From Octopus sinensis (taxonomy: Eukaryota), in NCBI RefSeq assembly GCF_006345805.1, contig NC_043000.1, positions 88,722,001 through 88,786,000 on the forward strand: 64,000 nt of DNA, in the 5' to 3' direction. The notes beneath the pieces were generated by a model. It ran no database searches. It was given only the letters and a program-made list of their open reading frames with translations, and was not told the DNA's origin. Shown here in pieces: positions 1 through 13,814 of this stretch. Positions within the stretch are counted from its first letter, which is position 1. Each line of letters starts with the position of its first letter. The translations under genes were made by a program, and so were the position numbers.

Positions 1-533
1 GTAGCCAAAGCTTGGTCTAGCACTGCCAGTATAGTACTCTCATTCTCTTTATTTAGTGTTCCTTCCTTCAGCTAATCCAACCTATTTTTTCCAGCAAATT
101 ATGTTATGGTGACATGGATCTGATTGTGTAGTCTTTTTTTGCGTAATTCTTCTTCGTGTCCTTTTTGCACCCCTCCTTCGTTTTTGGTTTTTTTTCTCTG
201 TTTTCAATACTCCATCGTTCCTAACTGGCATTAGCAATGCTTCCTTAGTTTAGGCTAGATATCTCATTAGGCTCTCGAGTTCGATACGTATGCAGTCTTC
301 CATACATATCAGTCCCTTTCCTACAGTTGCACTCTTGATGTCAAGTATAGGTGATCAGTGTCTGCATGTGAACGATGAGCTCCATGTCTCTTTAGGGCTT
401 TCTTGACTTCCTGTCCATCTCCATTATCTCCTCCTGTCCACTTCAGGATTTTAGTGCCATACCAAACTACTGAGACTGTACGCGTATTTATTGACGAATT
501 TATGTCTCTGGCATTCAGCTTTGAAGCCAGTAT
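1..533 (-). pseudogene. Decayed R4/Dong-type (RLE) non-LTR retrotransposon fragment, post-RT region
   Basis: Minus-strand translation ILASKLNARDINSSINTRTVSVVWYGTKILKW...HGAHRSHADTDHLY parallels ILNTELNAKNKIIGINTLAVPVISYSYNILNW...MHHPKSDIERLY of the 49-51 kb element; abuts (AAT)n. Confidence 0.7.
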
Positions 534-574
534 AGTAATAATAATAATAATAATAATATAATAATAATAACAAC

Positions 575-606
<32 letters not shown>

Positions 607-700
607 CAACAACAACAGCAACAATAATAATAATAATAATTATTATTATTATTATCATTATTATTAATGCTGTTATAATTAATAATATTATTATTTATTA
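534..700. repeat. (AAT)n/(AAC)n/(ATT)n microsatellite
   Basis: Direct reading of the sequence. Confidence 0.95.
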
Positions 701-921
701 AGGCGGTGAGATGGCAGAATCATAAGCACGCTGGACCAAATGCTTAGTGGTATTTCGCTTGTCGTTCCGCTTTGAGTTCAAATCCTGGTGAAGTCGACTT
801 TGCCTTTCATCATTTCGGGGTCCATAAATTAAATACCAGTGAAATACTGGGGTCGATGTAATGGACTAGTTCTCTCCTCCAAATTTCAGGCCTTGTGCCT
901 ATTGTAGAAAGGATTATTATT
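701..921 (+). mobile_element. tRNA-derived SINE (family A)
   Basis: A-box-like TGGCAGAAT, B-box GAGTTCAAATC, central GTCGACTTTGCCTTTCATC..TTCGGGGTC.ATAAATTAA.TACCAG, (ATT)n tail; many homologous copies in the window. Confidence 0.85.
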
Positions 922-1002
922 ATCTAAATGATACATGTAAAGTCTAATACATAGGTTGACTGCCGTTTATCTTGGTTTGTCTCCACTCCCCTATATATAT
1001 AT

Positions 1003-1320
1003 ATACTAATCACTCTCCATATTGTGGGTTCACCTATCATGCTCTCAGTACATCGTGGATTTTTCTGAGTAATATATCTAAGCTGATATCGCGGACTTCT
1101 CAATATATCGCGTGTTTTTGCAGCCGATAGGTATATATATATTTTTTAGATTTTAATTAATTATGTGGTAGAATAAGCATTTTCACGCCTAAGCATTAAT
1201 GAGTTAATAAATAAAAATACAGTACTGTACTGCACTCTATAACACATTAATTAAAATACATTAAAAGAAAATACGTAGAGTATCGTAGATAAGTAAACAA
1301 ACAATCGCAATACTGTATGG
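1003..1320. mobile_element. Possible decayed Tigger/pogo-like MITE end
   Basis: Follows a (TA)n run; repeated ATCGCGG/ATCGTGG subterminal motifs like those of Tigger ends; partner end not found. Confidence 0.3.
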
Positions 1321-1356
1321 AAAACACAAAAACACGTTTGCCAAAAACAGAAACAC

Positions 1357-3520
1357 TAAGGATACAAATTTTTGCGACTCTGTAGTCCTGTATCATATTC
1401 TGATGAGCTTCTGATGAAAAACAATGGAAATCAATGTTTTTTTTTCTTATATTTGATCAAAAAGGTTAACCCATGACTAATTTTGGAATTTTTTATACCC
1501 GGTTGCATTTGGATGAATTTCCAAAAACTAGAACCCTAGTTTAGTGATAAACAAAAGAGGGGAAATATCCAAAATGATTAATCCATAATTATTAAAAGAA
1601 TGGTATTCTGCATTCCAGAACAATAAAAAGAACTTAAGTCATATAACGTCAAATTGTTCAATAGTCAAGTTGCAGCAAGTCATTAAAAAGAATGAAGCGT
1701 AACGGCAGTCTGGCTTTGTTCTTCCATGTGGTGTATAGTTCTTGCATGACCTTAATTGCCCCTCTCATAGCATTGATTGCTTCTACTGATGTTTAGTTTT
1801 GATGGCTCTGGTTTCCAGTGATCTGTGAAGCATTTCAGACCAGTCTTGTAGGGTACCGAGGCTAGCGATAGCTCTTGCATAATCTTCAGCACTGTACATT
1901 TGGTCACTGAACCAGTGGTCCACCCAGGCATATGAGATGAGCTGGTAATCTTTCTCTCACATGTTGCATAAGGAAAAATGCAAGAAGTGCAAAGATTGCT
2001 CGTGAATTCCATCTGACATTACTGATGTTCAGAATTTTTTGAAACTTGATGAAAAGTAGATCTCCGTTTTCATGGAAGAACCTGAAGGTCTAACTACTAC
2101 TGCACACTTTCGTCCTGTATTCATATTAGTCTCATCCGCAATAATCATTGAGATTGCGACCAACAAGTGAAATTCGTCTAAGACGTTTTTCAGTCCTCCG
2201 CAATGGTTTCAGCCTTGTCATCATACAACTTCCGGGCAGCCAACTTGATTTCACTTGTGTCATTCTTGATGACAACCGCTTAATATTCATTCCCGTCAAT
2301 ATGTTTACCATCGAAAGGCAGGCTCCATTTCTGATTGCGTAGCGTATCAGTCAAGTGTTTCTTCATTTCATCAGCTTTCTTGAAGAGTGCCTCGTAAAGG
2401 TCTGGCTGACTAGGTACTGGGATATCAATGCCCTCCTTTGACAACTGTTTGAAGATTTTTGCAGGTTTGACACGCTTTTAGAGATATTTGTTCCAATTAC
2501 AAGTCTCGTTCCAATTGCGGATTTGTTGTGCCTTCTTGTGGAGGAATAAGTGCCATCACTATCACTATCATTTTGATCAACTCTGTCACCTTCACCATAA
2601 ATGTAGTATTCAATCGCTTCTTCTTCAGAGTCACTGTCAGTACCAGGGTTGTTGGGTTTGATAAAGAATGGGAGGCTTCAGCATCAGAGCATCTTCTTTA
2701 AAGCATGGAGTGTGCTTCCTTGCAGCTTTGCCTGTCGAATAGCTCACTTTGCACATGCTTTGGAATTGGATGGAGTACAGCTTTTTGTCATCAGTATTGA
2801 ACCATTCACCGTGAACTTTGGTGATATCGAACATTTCTTCTAACGGCTCAAATTTTCCTTTCTGGGCGAATTTGTCATACAAATGAAGCACATTTTCGAG
2901 CTTGGAGTGTATTGCTTGCTCGGAAATTATTGGAAATTTCAGTTTATCCTTCCACTGTAGTGTCACCTCTCTTGATAATTCCGCCACTCTCTCCTTTCAG
3001 ACTTTAATTGATTTCCCAAGAAACGGGTACTGACCAAACATATACTTCTTGAGTGGCATTCGGCTTCTGCTAGCCAGTGAGGCTTCTTCTACATGTACAT
3101 AACCCCTAGATGAAGGGGAATGGAATTGCACCAAATTTTCCTCCATTTCTCCTTGTTCTTCTGAGCAACTTCGAAGCATTTTTTGAATGACATACCGCTA
3201 ATAGTCACGCAGAGCTCACACTGAAACCGAAACAACAAGAGTTAACGTGAAAGAACTTAATTATTTGCTTCATGACTAAGCATAATGACTGAACAATATA
3301 ATCTTAATCACCACTGAAGTCTTATAAATGTTGAGAATCTATTGAAAGCCAAGAGTGCTAACAAATGTTGTATAAGAATACAAAAATGGATTCATGGGTG
3401 AACTTTTTTTAAAGGTAGCCCAAAAGTGAGTTCACAATAGTTACTTATGCATAAAAGCTTATCTAAATATGATACAGAAAATTGTTTTTGAGGAAAAGAA
3501 ATAAAAAAGTTGTATCCCTA
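1357..3520 (-). mobile_element. hAT-superfamily (hATm-like) DNA transposon with decayed transposase
   Basis: TIRs TAAGGATACAAATTTTT (1357) and the reverse complement TAGGGATACAACTTTTT (ends 3520); matching subterminal blocks TGTATCATATT and AAAAAGGTTAACCCATGA; flanking 8-mers agaaacac/atggacac are only a partial TSD match. Confidence 0.7.
1690..3180 (-). pseudogene. Fragmented DDE transposase
   Basis: Frameshifted motifs WSLPFDGKH, IIADETNMNTG, SNVRWNSRAI and NQCYERG..KVMQEL (catalytic D, D, RW and E regions of hAT-like enzymes); apparent internal deletion. Confidence 0.7.
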
Positions 3521-4407
3521 ATGGACACGCCATAAAACACACATACACAAATACACACATACAGTGGAAGTCTACTCGTGACCGGGTGAGACCACTTCTT
3601 AGAAAGAAGGGTGCAAGACGTTCTTGTCCGGGAATTTGAGTGGGTAAAGTCTGCATTTCATTGAACCCACTTTTCAGAACCGAAAATAACTAAAACTAAT
3701 GGCATCAACTTCTTCTCCATACCTACTTTCTTTTGGTGGACAACTGAAAAACATTCTCACAACCTGAAGTTGTCGACCTTAAATATTCCTATCGTTTTAC
3801 AAAGTTCTACAAGCTTGAATTAATTCTGAACTAAAACAATTACCCGAAATTTAGTCTATAAAAATTCTTCACAACACCTCTATTTCACACCTTACCCTTC
3901 AAGCTAATTACCATTCAACTGAGCCCCCAAGACCCTGAAGAGATATTAACTTAATGCATCCCAGTCGATGATGTTTTAGCTGGCCGAAACGTCGAAGTCA
4001 CCGTTAATATTATTCTTGTTAAAGAATAATACCTATTTATACATACATAAATACGTGTGTGCGTGTGTGTGTGCAGATGTTTGCTATTTTCATAGCGCTA
4101 CTTATAATTGATTATCAAATGTTCAGAATTCCATAGCTGTTTTATAAGTGGCTTCCTTTTCGATTCTGCCTGCTGTTTTTCTAAAAGCAAATGTAATCGC
4201 AAATAAATATATATGATATGTACTTTTTCTGCTCGAAATCAAATGTCAGAATGATTCAGATAAGAAAAGGCTGTCTACATCCAATTTCTTACTGGACTGT
4301 TATTTTAATGAATGACGTCAACTATGCATACATTTTTACTTCAATATCTTTCCGACAGTCCTCTCAAGTATTTCGCATAGAAATCTCCAATATTGCACTG
4401 CACAGCA

Positions 4408-4449
<42 letters not shown>

Positions 4450-4728
4450 AAATACGCACACATACAAACATACATACACTTACATACATACACATATATA
4501 TGTATATATACATGTATATATACATATATAGAACTATATATACACACAAATATACAATATACACACGGATACTTATAAAATTAAAAGTGATTGTTATTCG
4601 TTCACTCTGACTTTAGTGGTTTATTATAAAATATAGTTATATTGCCTAGTGCATTCTTTCCATAATGTTTCTGTCTAAACCGTCGTGGCCTCGGTATCCA
4701 TATAACCTCTCATCCTCTCTTCCTCACC

Positions 4729-4761
<33 letters not shown>

Positions 4762-5109
4762 AATCTCTTTCTACCTATCTATCTCTTTCTCTTCTAAGTT
4801 CTATTTATGGTCAGCATGAAACAAAATGTTTGAACAAATTTTGTTATAGAAACGAAAGCCTGAGTTAAATCGTCGCATACTCATTTCACCCAAGGCCTCT
4901 GACCCTAACCAAATACAGGAAGTTAGATACCGTTTTATGACAGCTATCATTTCAACACACCAAATCTTTTAACTCAGTTCAAGAATTTTGTGTCTTAACG
5001 TTAATTTCTTCACTCTTCACAATAACTTAATTTATGTATTTCAGTAAAGTCGTAGATTCAGTAATATAGAAATTAATGATTCATTCAGCCATTGTGTCCA
5101 CTCACCATT

Positions 5110-5400
5110 TCCGGGAGAGTCTTTGGATTTGTGTTCTCAAGAACATCCTTCATTGGGTGCTATCAGAACCATCCTCGTTCACTTTCCGGCTGGATTCCAA
5201 TCGTGTCTAGCTGAAACTACTGATATTATCCAATCATCGATCTTTTGGTCTACCCCTAGGTCGCCTGTCATTTCCCTCGGTTTGAAGAATCCATCTTGAT
5301 ATTTCTTTTTACGATATTTTTGTCATACTGTGTTATAACGTCTGTAGGGAACTCTCATGGCGATAAATCGCAGCACGATCACAATTTGTCTGTCATATTT
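5110..5400 (-). mobile_element. RTE-like LINE 3' fragment
   Basis: Minus-strand RRPRGRPKDR*LDNI matches the RTE C-terminal RxRGRPxxRWxD motif. Confidence 0.55.
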
Positions 5401-5601
5401 GTTACTACCCAAAGAGCAATGAAGTGACTGTCTTGAAATAATTGCAAACTTTCGCTCATTTTGACGATTTGGGTTTGAACAAAATATGATTCGTATGTCT
5501 AAAACTCATTTCACCTTTAAGTTGAGTAAGCTATCACCGTTCTTAGACAACCATCTAGTATGAGACTCAAGATATAAAGATATATACGTATATATATATA
5601 T

Positions 5602-5990
5602 AGTTAGAGGTTAAAATAGCCTCATTAAGAAATAAACATATCCAATGAATTGCTGGTTCATTACCTAGTATTTTTTGTGAATAGTGATATTCATAAAATA
5701 ATAAGTCTAAGTATAAATCTTGGTTTATAAATACTCAAATAAAATTCGGAAAATGGAGACGTAGCATTAATATACTTAATTTATTAACTGCAAAAATCCA
5801 ACATATTCCCTTACATCTGTTTCAACTTTATCCAAAGATTAAAATTACAATAATCAAATCCTTGTGTGAGGCAAAATCTCATGAGAGGAGTAGAAAAGAC
5901 ATACCGTTAGTTTATTAGGTATTATGGTTCCAAATCATCTCAACAGAATCTGGAAATCTAGATTCAAATAAGCGTGACTGGAAGAATGAA
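5602..5990 (-). mobile_element. PLE pseudo-LTR remnant with decayed hammerhead
   Basis: Begins at (TA)n; minus strand CTGTTGA...GAAACAGATGTA followed by AATAAA. Confidence 0.45.
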
Positions 5991-8154
5991 TATATAAATC
6001 CCCTAAAATGATAACTAAGAAAAATTTCTATGTATATTTTAAACGTCTTTTTGTTCATTCTTATTTTCCTTTAAATATCACCTACTTAAGAATACAAATT
6101 TAACCATTACAATGTTCTACTTATGAATAACTTGCTCCATCTGTGAAAAACAATTGTACAGGAATGTGAAAATAAAAACTTAAATCCATTTTAACATCCA
6201 ATCTCCTTCATTTCATAAATATGAATAAATTTATTGAACTTTGTTTAATAAGGTAAGTCATATACTGTTTACTTCTATACAAGCTTTTATTCATATACGA
6301 ATTTCAAAAATATTTCGAAAGTATGAGGAAAAGACATTAGAAATCTAAGGAAAAAATTCAATTAAAGAAGGAATATACATTCATCCGATATATATATATA
6401 TATATATATATAAGAGGAACTAATAAATAAATAGCTAACTGTGCCTCAGTTTAATTTTTTTTTTATTTTAGATATTTTGTGTTTTTATATGCTCCTCTTT
6501 TACTATTATTTTGGAACAATAATGTTCCTAAACTTCTATTCAATGTTTCCGTGATGTTTATTGATCCAAACTGGTTGTAGAAAAAAAATACAAAATATTC
6601 ATAAATAAAAGAATACCAAAGTCGAGTATTACAAGAAAACATATACCCATGTTTGTTTGTGCCTATGAATATATGCATGTACGTACGTATGTATCTATAC
6701 ATGTATGAGTATACTTATGTGTGCGTGTGTGTGGTTTCTGAGTTATTGCGCTCTCCTTTCTTTGTTACTATCGACGCTGGGCTGTACGATGATTAACATG
6801 GCAGCCATAGTAAATGGAAAGATAGCGAAATATTACAAAAATGTTACAACGAAATGTCTACTGCATTTTCAGAAAAGTCTATTGCATTTTCAGTTTATCA
6901 ACTCATTGAATTTGTCCTTATTTGGGTAACATACTAATATCTTTTGACTGTAGTAAACAATAACAGCATGGTTGATAGATATTGTATTAACTAGGTTAAT
7001 TTATGAATATACTTGATATTACATGGAGGGGTAAAATTCGTTTGTCACGAAAACCTGTCACGAGATATTGAGAAAATTTGTGGTTTGCATCCGCCACACA
7101 TGTTACCCTACATAAAATGACAGTCCTAATAATATTGTTACTATGTATTTTAAGTTTCTATTAAATTTTATTTTAAATCGACTGTAAAATAAATTCTTCA
7201 AGTTACCTTATAAGCTGTACATTTTTTTAATAGAAGATTGTTTTATAAAACAAAGCTGTACCAGTATAGAATGGATGTTTTTATAAGGTATTTACAAATA
7301 TTTCATTTTTGTACGACCTGGCAGCAATTAACAAGCATTGCAATTTGGAAAATATTTTCAACTGATAGCGTCTATGTCAGGTCAGATGTAATCCGGGTTC
7401 TGAAGGAAGCCATGAGCAAAATGAAGTTGAATACTACTGACGAGATTTTATTTTCCAAATACAATCCGGCATGTATAGCTATTATTAACACTAACACGTT
7501 CCTTGACGCCTTTCATTCACTGGCTTTCCTTCTGTTTGACTATATTAGAAACGTGAATGAAAATGCATTGGTTTCTTTTCAGAGTATTTATAAGATTTTA
7601 GGATAGGAGCCAAACATTTAAATTAACTGAATTCACATGATATTGCTATTACGAACCTACAGTAATTGAACAAGGATAATACATACGGTATTGATTGCCT
7701 GCTCAAACCTAAGAACAAGATCTACGAGACAGAAATGAGAGGTTAGAAGGATCAAGTATTTATAAATGAGTTAGCGATGTAAAGGGTGCTGGAATAGTTT
7801 CAACCAAAAATTAAAACACCACCTTCTGAACTTCGGCTCGGTTCCTAGGAGAAAATTCTCTTATTCTACAGAAGCGAAGAACACGGTGTAACGAGAAATA
7901 GATTATTACAACGTTCATAATTCTTTCCAAGACATCGGAAGCATAAGTGAAAAGAAACGTCTCTAATTGAGAATCTGACTCATTTCAGAAACTCATCTAA
8001 ATGCATCTGCACCCGTGTTTAAAATCCTCATTCTTTTTTATCAATAACTACATAGTATCATTCCGGTGAGATAATTCGAAACTGTTTTAATACCTTTCAG
8101 TTGCATACATTTTTGAGAATATAAGATTATTTTCATTAATATAGTAGTAGAATT

Positions 8155-8370
8155 ACGGCGGTGACCTGGCAGAATCGTTAGCACATTTGGCAAAATGCTT
8201 AGCAGCATTTCGTCTGTATTTATATTCTGAGTTTAAATTCTGTCGAGGTCGGCTTTGCCTTTTCATCATTCCAGTGTCTATAAAATGAGTACAAGTTAAG
8301 CACTGGAGTAGATGTAATCGACTTACTCCCTTCTCCGAAATTGTTAGCCTTATGCCAAATTTTGAAACAA
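8155..8370 (+). mobile_element. tRNA-derived SINE (family A); a second degraded copy follows to about 8520
   Basis: GGCGGTGACCTGGCAGAATCGTTAGCAC head and shared body. Confidence 0.8.
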
Positions 8371-8661
8371 ATACAGAGGAAGAAATCCTAACGAGAAGTA
8401 CAAAATAATTAGTGGCATTACTTCCGGTTATGTACATTCCGAGTTCAAATAACACCGACGTCAGCTTTGCTTTTCATCTCCCCGGGCCGATAATGTAAAG
8501 TACAATTCAAATAGTGGTGTTAACATTGTCATGGTTGAATTTGAAATTATTTTCATAATTAATCAAATATAGAAAATCGGTTCACTCTCTAGACTCATTC
8601 TTATTTTTCAAACATTCAAAATGACGAGACCTCTCTGTCACAAGAATTTATTCTGCACATG

Positions 8662-8701
8662 TCCATTGAAAAGCTAATTTAAACGGCGAAAACCGGTTGG
8701 A
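8662..8701 (+). ncRNA. Variant hammerhead-like motif (UUGAAAA core)
   Basis: TCCA-TTGAAAA-GCT..GGC-GAAA-ACCGGT-TGGA, with (TA)n about 100 bp downstream. Confidence 0.45.
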
Positions 8702-8805
8702 TTTCACGAAATCCATATATGTATATATTTATAAAAAGCTATTAAACTATATGAAACGAATGCATTTCTCTTCCACGATATATATTTTCCCCCACATATC
8801 TTCAA

Positions 8806-8807
<2 letters not shown>

Positions 8808-8902
<95 letters not shown>

Positions 8903-8961
8903 ATTTGTATATATATATGTATTGTATGTATATATATTTGTATGTATTTATATCTATATAT

Positions 8962-9016
<55 letters not shown>

Positions 9017-9021
9017 ATGTA

Positions 9022-9072
<51 letters not shown>
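8808..9072. repeat. (TA)n/(TG)n compound microsatellite
   Basis: Direct reading. Confidence 0.95.
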
Positions 9073-9076
<4 letters not shown>

Positions 9077-9250
9077 ACCTTCTTTCTCGCCTGACCTTCT
9101 TGAGGTGTGGACGGCAATTTTCTTTGCTCCCTTCGCCGTTCACAGAAATAGCATTCGTAATACTTTTTTTTCGTTCGGCTTAACAGCCCTTCTTGTCTTG
9201 TTATTTTCCTTGTCCTGTCTTTTACTGCTCATATTTTGTACTGTCGTTAC

Positions 9251-9310
9251 TGTGTTCTTTATGCACCGTTACTCGTTTACGTAAACGAGTAACGGTGCAT
9301 AAAGAACACA
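9251..9310. repeat. Perfect 60-bp palindrome (second copy at 10623-10682)
   Basis: tgtgttctttatgcaccgttactcgtttac|gtaaacgagtaacggtgcataaagaacaca. Confidence 0.97.
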
Positions 9311-10135
9311 TAAATCTCCGGAATACCGACAAATTCCATTGAGTGACCACTTAGACTCATGTGCTAAAGACTTAAACCCCAAATTCTATATATTCCCCTT
9401 CTACCAATGTAAAGACGGGATCACCACACAGGAGAGAATTAACAAGGAGAATCTCTTTATTGAAAAATTCCAAACACAACTTAATATGCAAACTCCTCGT
9501 TGATCAAACTTCCTTTCTCTACCTCACTCTTCATGGATGGACTAACACAAATATATAAAGATACCATGCATTCATCACTTCAAGCTAAAACTTATATTCT
9601 TTAAATATCATTTTTACTATTGTTGTTATTACTATCATTTTTATTATAAATGATATGACAATTTGAAATGCAATTGTCTATGCAGATTTATATTATTAGA
9701 AAATAATATAAATAAAGTATTAAAATCTGAAAGTTAAGTTAACAAGCAATTATATAAAAAAGATAATGCAAATGAAGCTAAAATGATAGTTTTATAATTT
9801 GGGTTTTATTGAAGAACTCAAAAGAGTTGTCTCCCCTTACCCACAACACAGGAACTGAAGAACCAGGACCACAATTACTACTACTTCCTGTCCTGCAACA
9901 TGCTGAATTTAACAACACAACACATCATATGCTCTTAATCCCTTTGGATCTTAACACCTCAAGGTAATTTTTTAGTAAACAACCATAAAACTCAAGATAC
10001 ACAACGAACTCACAATGTATCGGAGAACTTATTTTTTAATTTTTGTACATTTTTATCATTATTCTTTTACAAAAAACAATGCAATTTTCTTTTTTTCCCC
10101 TTTCTAATTTTTAAAATAACTTCTTAAAACATAAA

Positions 10136-10176
10136 TATTCTTGACAAGTCATACAATGACGAAAACCGGTTGAATA
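10136..10176 (+). ncRNA. Variant hammerhead-like motif (UUGACAA core); identical copy at 11508-11548
   Basis: TATTC-TTGACAA-GTCAT-aca-ATGAC-GAAA-ACCGGT-T-GAATA, overlapping AATAAA. Confidence 0.6.
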
Positions 10177-10313
10177 AATATATATTTATATATTTTATCA
10201 TTTTCTCATTTTATTAAAATTTTCTTTCATTTGAGCATTCTGCATTTTTAAAAAAATTTTTCCTTACTTATCATTTCTCCACGTGCGGTCAACACAACCC
10301 CACCATTTATTGA

Positions 10314-10347
<34 letters not shown>

Positions 10348-10382
10348 ATGTATATATATTTGTATGTATTTATATCTATATA

Positions 10383-10437
<55 letters not shown>

Positions 10438-10443
10438 ATATAT

Positions 10444-11684
10444 ATGCCACCTTCTTTCTCGCCTGACCTTCTTGAGGTGTGGACGGCAATTTTCTTTGCT
10501 CCCTTCGCCGTTCACAGAAATAGCATTCGTAATACTTTTTTTTCGTTCGGCTTAACAGCCCTTCTTGTCTTGTTATTTTCCTTGTCCTGTCTTTTACTGC
10601 TCATATTTTGTACTGTCGTTACTGTGTTCTTTATGCACCGTTACTCGTTTACGTAAACGAGTAACGGTGCATAAAGAACACATAAATCTCCCGGAATACC
10701 GACAAATTCCACTGAGTGACCACTTAGACTCATGTGCTAAAGACTTAAACCCCAAATTCTATATATTCCCCTTCTACCAATGTAAAGACGGGATCACCAC
10801 ACAGGAGAGAATTAACAAGGAGAATCTCTTTATTGAAAAATTCCAAACACAACTTAATATGCAAACTCCTCGTTGATCAAACTTCCTTTCTCTACCTCAC
10901 TCTTCATGGATGGACTAACACAAATATATAAAGATACCATGCATTCATCACTTCAAGCTAAAACTTATATTCTTTAAATATCATTTTTACTATTGTTGTT
11001 ATTACTATCATTTTTATTATAAATGATATGACAATTTGAAATGCAATTGTCTATGCAGATTTATATTATTAGAAAATAATATAAATAAAGTATTAAAATC
11101 TGAAAGTTAAGTTAACAAGCAATTATATAAAAAAGATAATGCAAATGAAGCTAAAATGATAGTTTTATAATTTGGGTTTTATTGAAGAACTCAAAAGAGT
11201 TGTCTCCCCTTACCCACAACACAGGAACTGAAGAACCAGGACCACAATTACTACTACTTCCTGTCCTGCAACATGCTGAATTTAACAACACAACACATCA
11301 TATGCTCTTAATCCCTTGGATCTTAACACCTCAAGGTAATTTTTTGGTAAACAACCATAAAACTCAAGATACACAACGAACTCACAATGTATCGGAGAAC
11401 TTATTTTTTAATTTTTGTACATTTTTATCATTATTCTTTTACAAAAAACAATGCAATTTTCTTTTTTTCCCCTTTCTAATTTTTAAAATAACTTCTTAAA
11501 ACATAAATATTCTTGACAAGTCATACAATGACGAAAACCGGTTGAATAAATATATATTTATATATTTTATCATTTTCTCATTTTATTAAAATTTTCTTTC
11601 ATTTGAGCATTCTGCATTTTTAAAAAAATTTTTCCTTACTTATCATTTCTCCACGTGCGGTCAACACAACCCCACCATTTATTG
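10444..11684 (+). mobile_element. 5'-truncated Neptune-type PLE, tandem copy 2
   Basis: Near-identical to 9073-10312 with a period of about 1372 bp. Confidence 0.8.
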
Positions 11685-11687
11685 ATC

Positions 11688-11718
<31 letters not shown>

Positions 11719-11783
11719 ATGTATATATCTATATATTTATATGTGTGTATGTATGTATATATATATATATATTATATATATAT

Positions 11784-11819
<36 letters not shown>

Positions 11820-13814
11820 CATAAATATTGATACATATATAAATACATATATTGTATATAAATGCGTAGGCGTTTATAGTATATACACATAGATTTCTTC
11901 GTAGTAGTGTATGGCGTCCGTCTGGTGGTAGTCGTCCCCATAATTTACATAATCAAAGTGGGCTATTTCAAACCAACGAAGCGCATTCCAGAAGCTGGGA
12001 GACATTTATAGGAGAGGAAGTCATAACTGTCCTACATTATTGTAATTTTAGTATATTATTATCATTGCATAATTCTTTCTTTTTTCGTTTTTAAATTTTT
12101 ATTTATTCAAGATAGTAAAATACAATATCAGAGAGATTTTGATTGCTATTTCAAGCGAATCATGTGATTACATAGCGACTCTCCCAGTAAGTCACAAATC
12201 GTGTATTTATGATTGTAGGCGTTCTTTATGTATCAATATTTTAGTAAAAATATCTCCATGTACTTTCAAAGCAAATCTTTTTTTCGAAAATTACCCTGCA
12301 ATACCAATTCTCTGTGATTTCATATTTTTAATAACTAGGCTTTGCCAACATTCTTGAAAACTTGTTATTAAAATGGCATTTGAGAGTCAATTGAAATTCT
12401 CCTTAGAAATTTGAGGAGGAAAATATTGTGATATTGATTCGTAACTTTCATGAAATATATATATAGGCAAACATATCAAAACTTCATATATGTGCTATTT
12501 GGAAACATAGTGTTTACATATTTATGCAAATCATGTTTTGTTTTGTTTTTTGTTATAAATTTAGCAAAAGCCGTAATGGAGTAAAGACGAATCTGACAGT
12601 TTGCAGATATTTCGGCAGAACACATCGCAGTTATAATTTAAATGATATGGGCATTCCATACCATGTAAACGTAATGCAAGTTCAAACGCTTAGACATACC
12701 ATAACGTAATTCAACTTTTCTAAATGTATGTAATATAAATTAGCAGAAAAAGTGTGCAGGTTCCACTTTCGGCAGTCAGTAATACGATGATGCATGATAA
12801 TACAGTAGTGATTACATTTCGTTAAAACGACATCTAATAACGAGCTGCCGTAATAGTGGAGTATAGGCATGAAGGTGTTGCAGTATTTAGTGGCAAAACT
12901 TTGTAAGGCAGCGTGGCTGAATCGTTGAGGTGTCCGCTTTTTAATAATGGGATCCCGGTTTCACTCCAGCTGTGGGTTATTTTAAAGAAATTACATTTAC
13001 CATTTCCACTGATGATTTTAAGTGAAGTTTGGTTGAAAACTGTGTGGGAGCTCATTAAATGGAGTGCATCTATAACAGGCTCAGTAGCTTTGATGCTTAT
13101 GCAATGAACTAGCAGTTCAGCTGAACTGTAAAATTGAATATTCATTTTCGAAATTAATGGAAATTCATTCATTTACTTTATGCCTTTTGCACTCTGACGC
13201 CAAATCTCTGCGTAATTCGTTTCATCTTTCGTTCCTTTTTTGACGATATCGATAAAAAAAAAGTGGACTATAAATATATCGATAAAGTTGACTATATACT
13301 GTTTCGCTACGAATAGATGACCTTTTGTCAAAGTTATAATTCAATGTTTAATTTTTAGATATCAATATGTTGTTAATAAACTGCTACAAGAAACACCCCT
13401 ACTAAGTCAGGTGACATGTAACCCCCTTCATACAGAAACTAAAAATGTCTGTATCCTAACTTAACATTAAACAATATAACTTGAGCTGTGTAATGTGAAA
13501 ATTGAATTTTAAAGATATTCCTGAAAACGATATTCGATCATCGAATATTTGAAAATCTAATTGAAAAAGTATATTAAAAAAAACTTAATTTCCATTCATA
13601 ACAGAATAAGATATAATATACTTTACATTACCGCAAAATGTTTAATCACACGGAACAATATGAAACTAAATGGAGATAAAAGAAACACTGAAGGAAGTTA
13701 GCAGTTCCTAATTAAAGTAATTGAAATATTCATGTACTAATGAAACTAAATTTAATACATTTGATTTCCTTAGTCTGCAAAATTAATAATCAATTAAGAG
13801 ATTACATATTCTGA

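Larger units (their letters stand above)
9073..10312 (+). mobile_element. 5'-truncated Neptune-type PLE (GIY-YIG C-terminus, 3'UTR, pLTR), tandem copy 1
   Basis: [40 protein letters not shown] is homologous to LRQRMTVHRSQI..EYRKIAFSAHIDTCAAQLHPNFRIFPLY at 23.4-23.6 kb; flanked by (TA)n. Confidence 0.8.

Noticed and set aside
3960-4000. Hammerhead-like CGATGATG...GAAACGTC
   Set aside because: Core mutated and stems do not pair convincingly
13001-13125. Possible minus-strand host exon (ttttacag|...GGAAATG|gtaaat; SAELLVHCISIKATEPVIDALHL...)
   Set aside because: Splice sites are plausible, but there is no recognisable domain and no partner exons; needs RNA-seq
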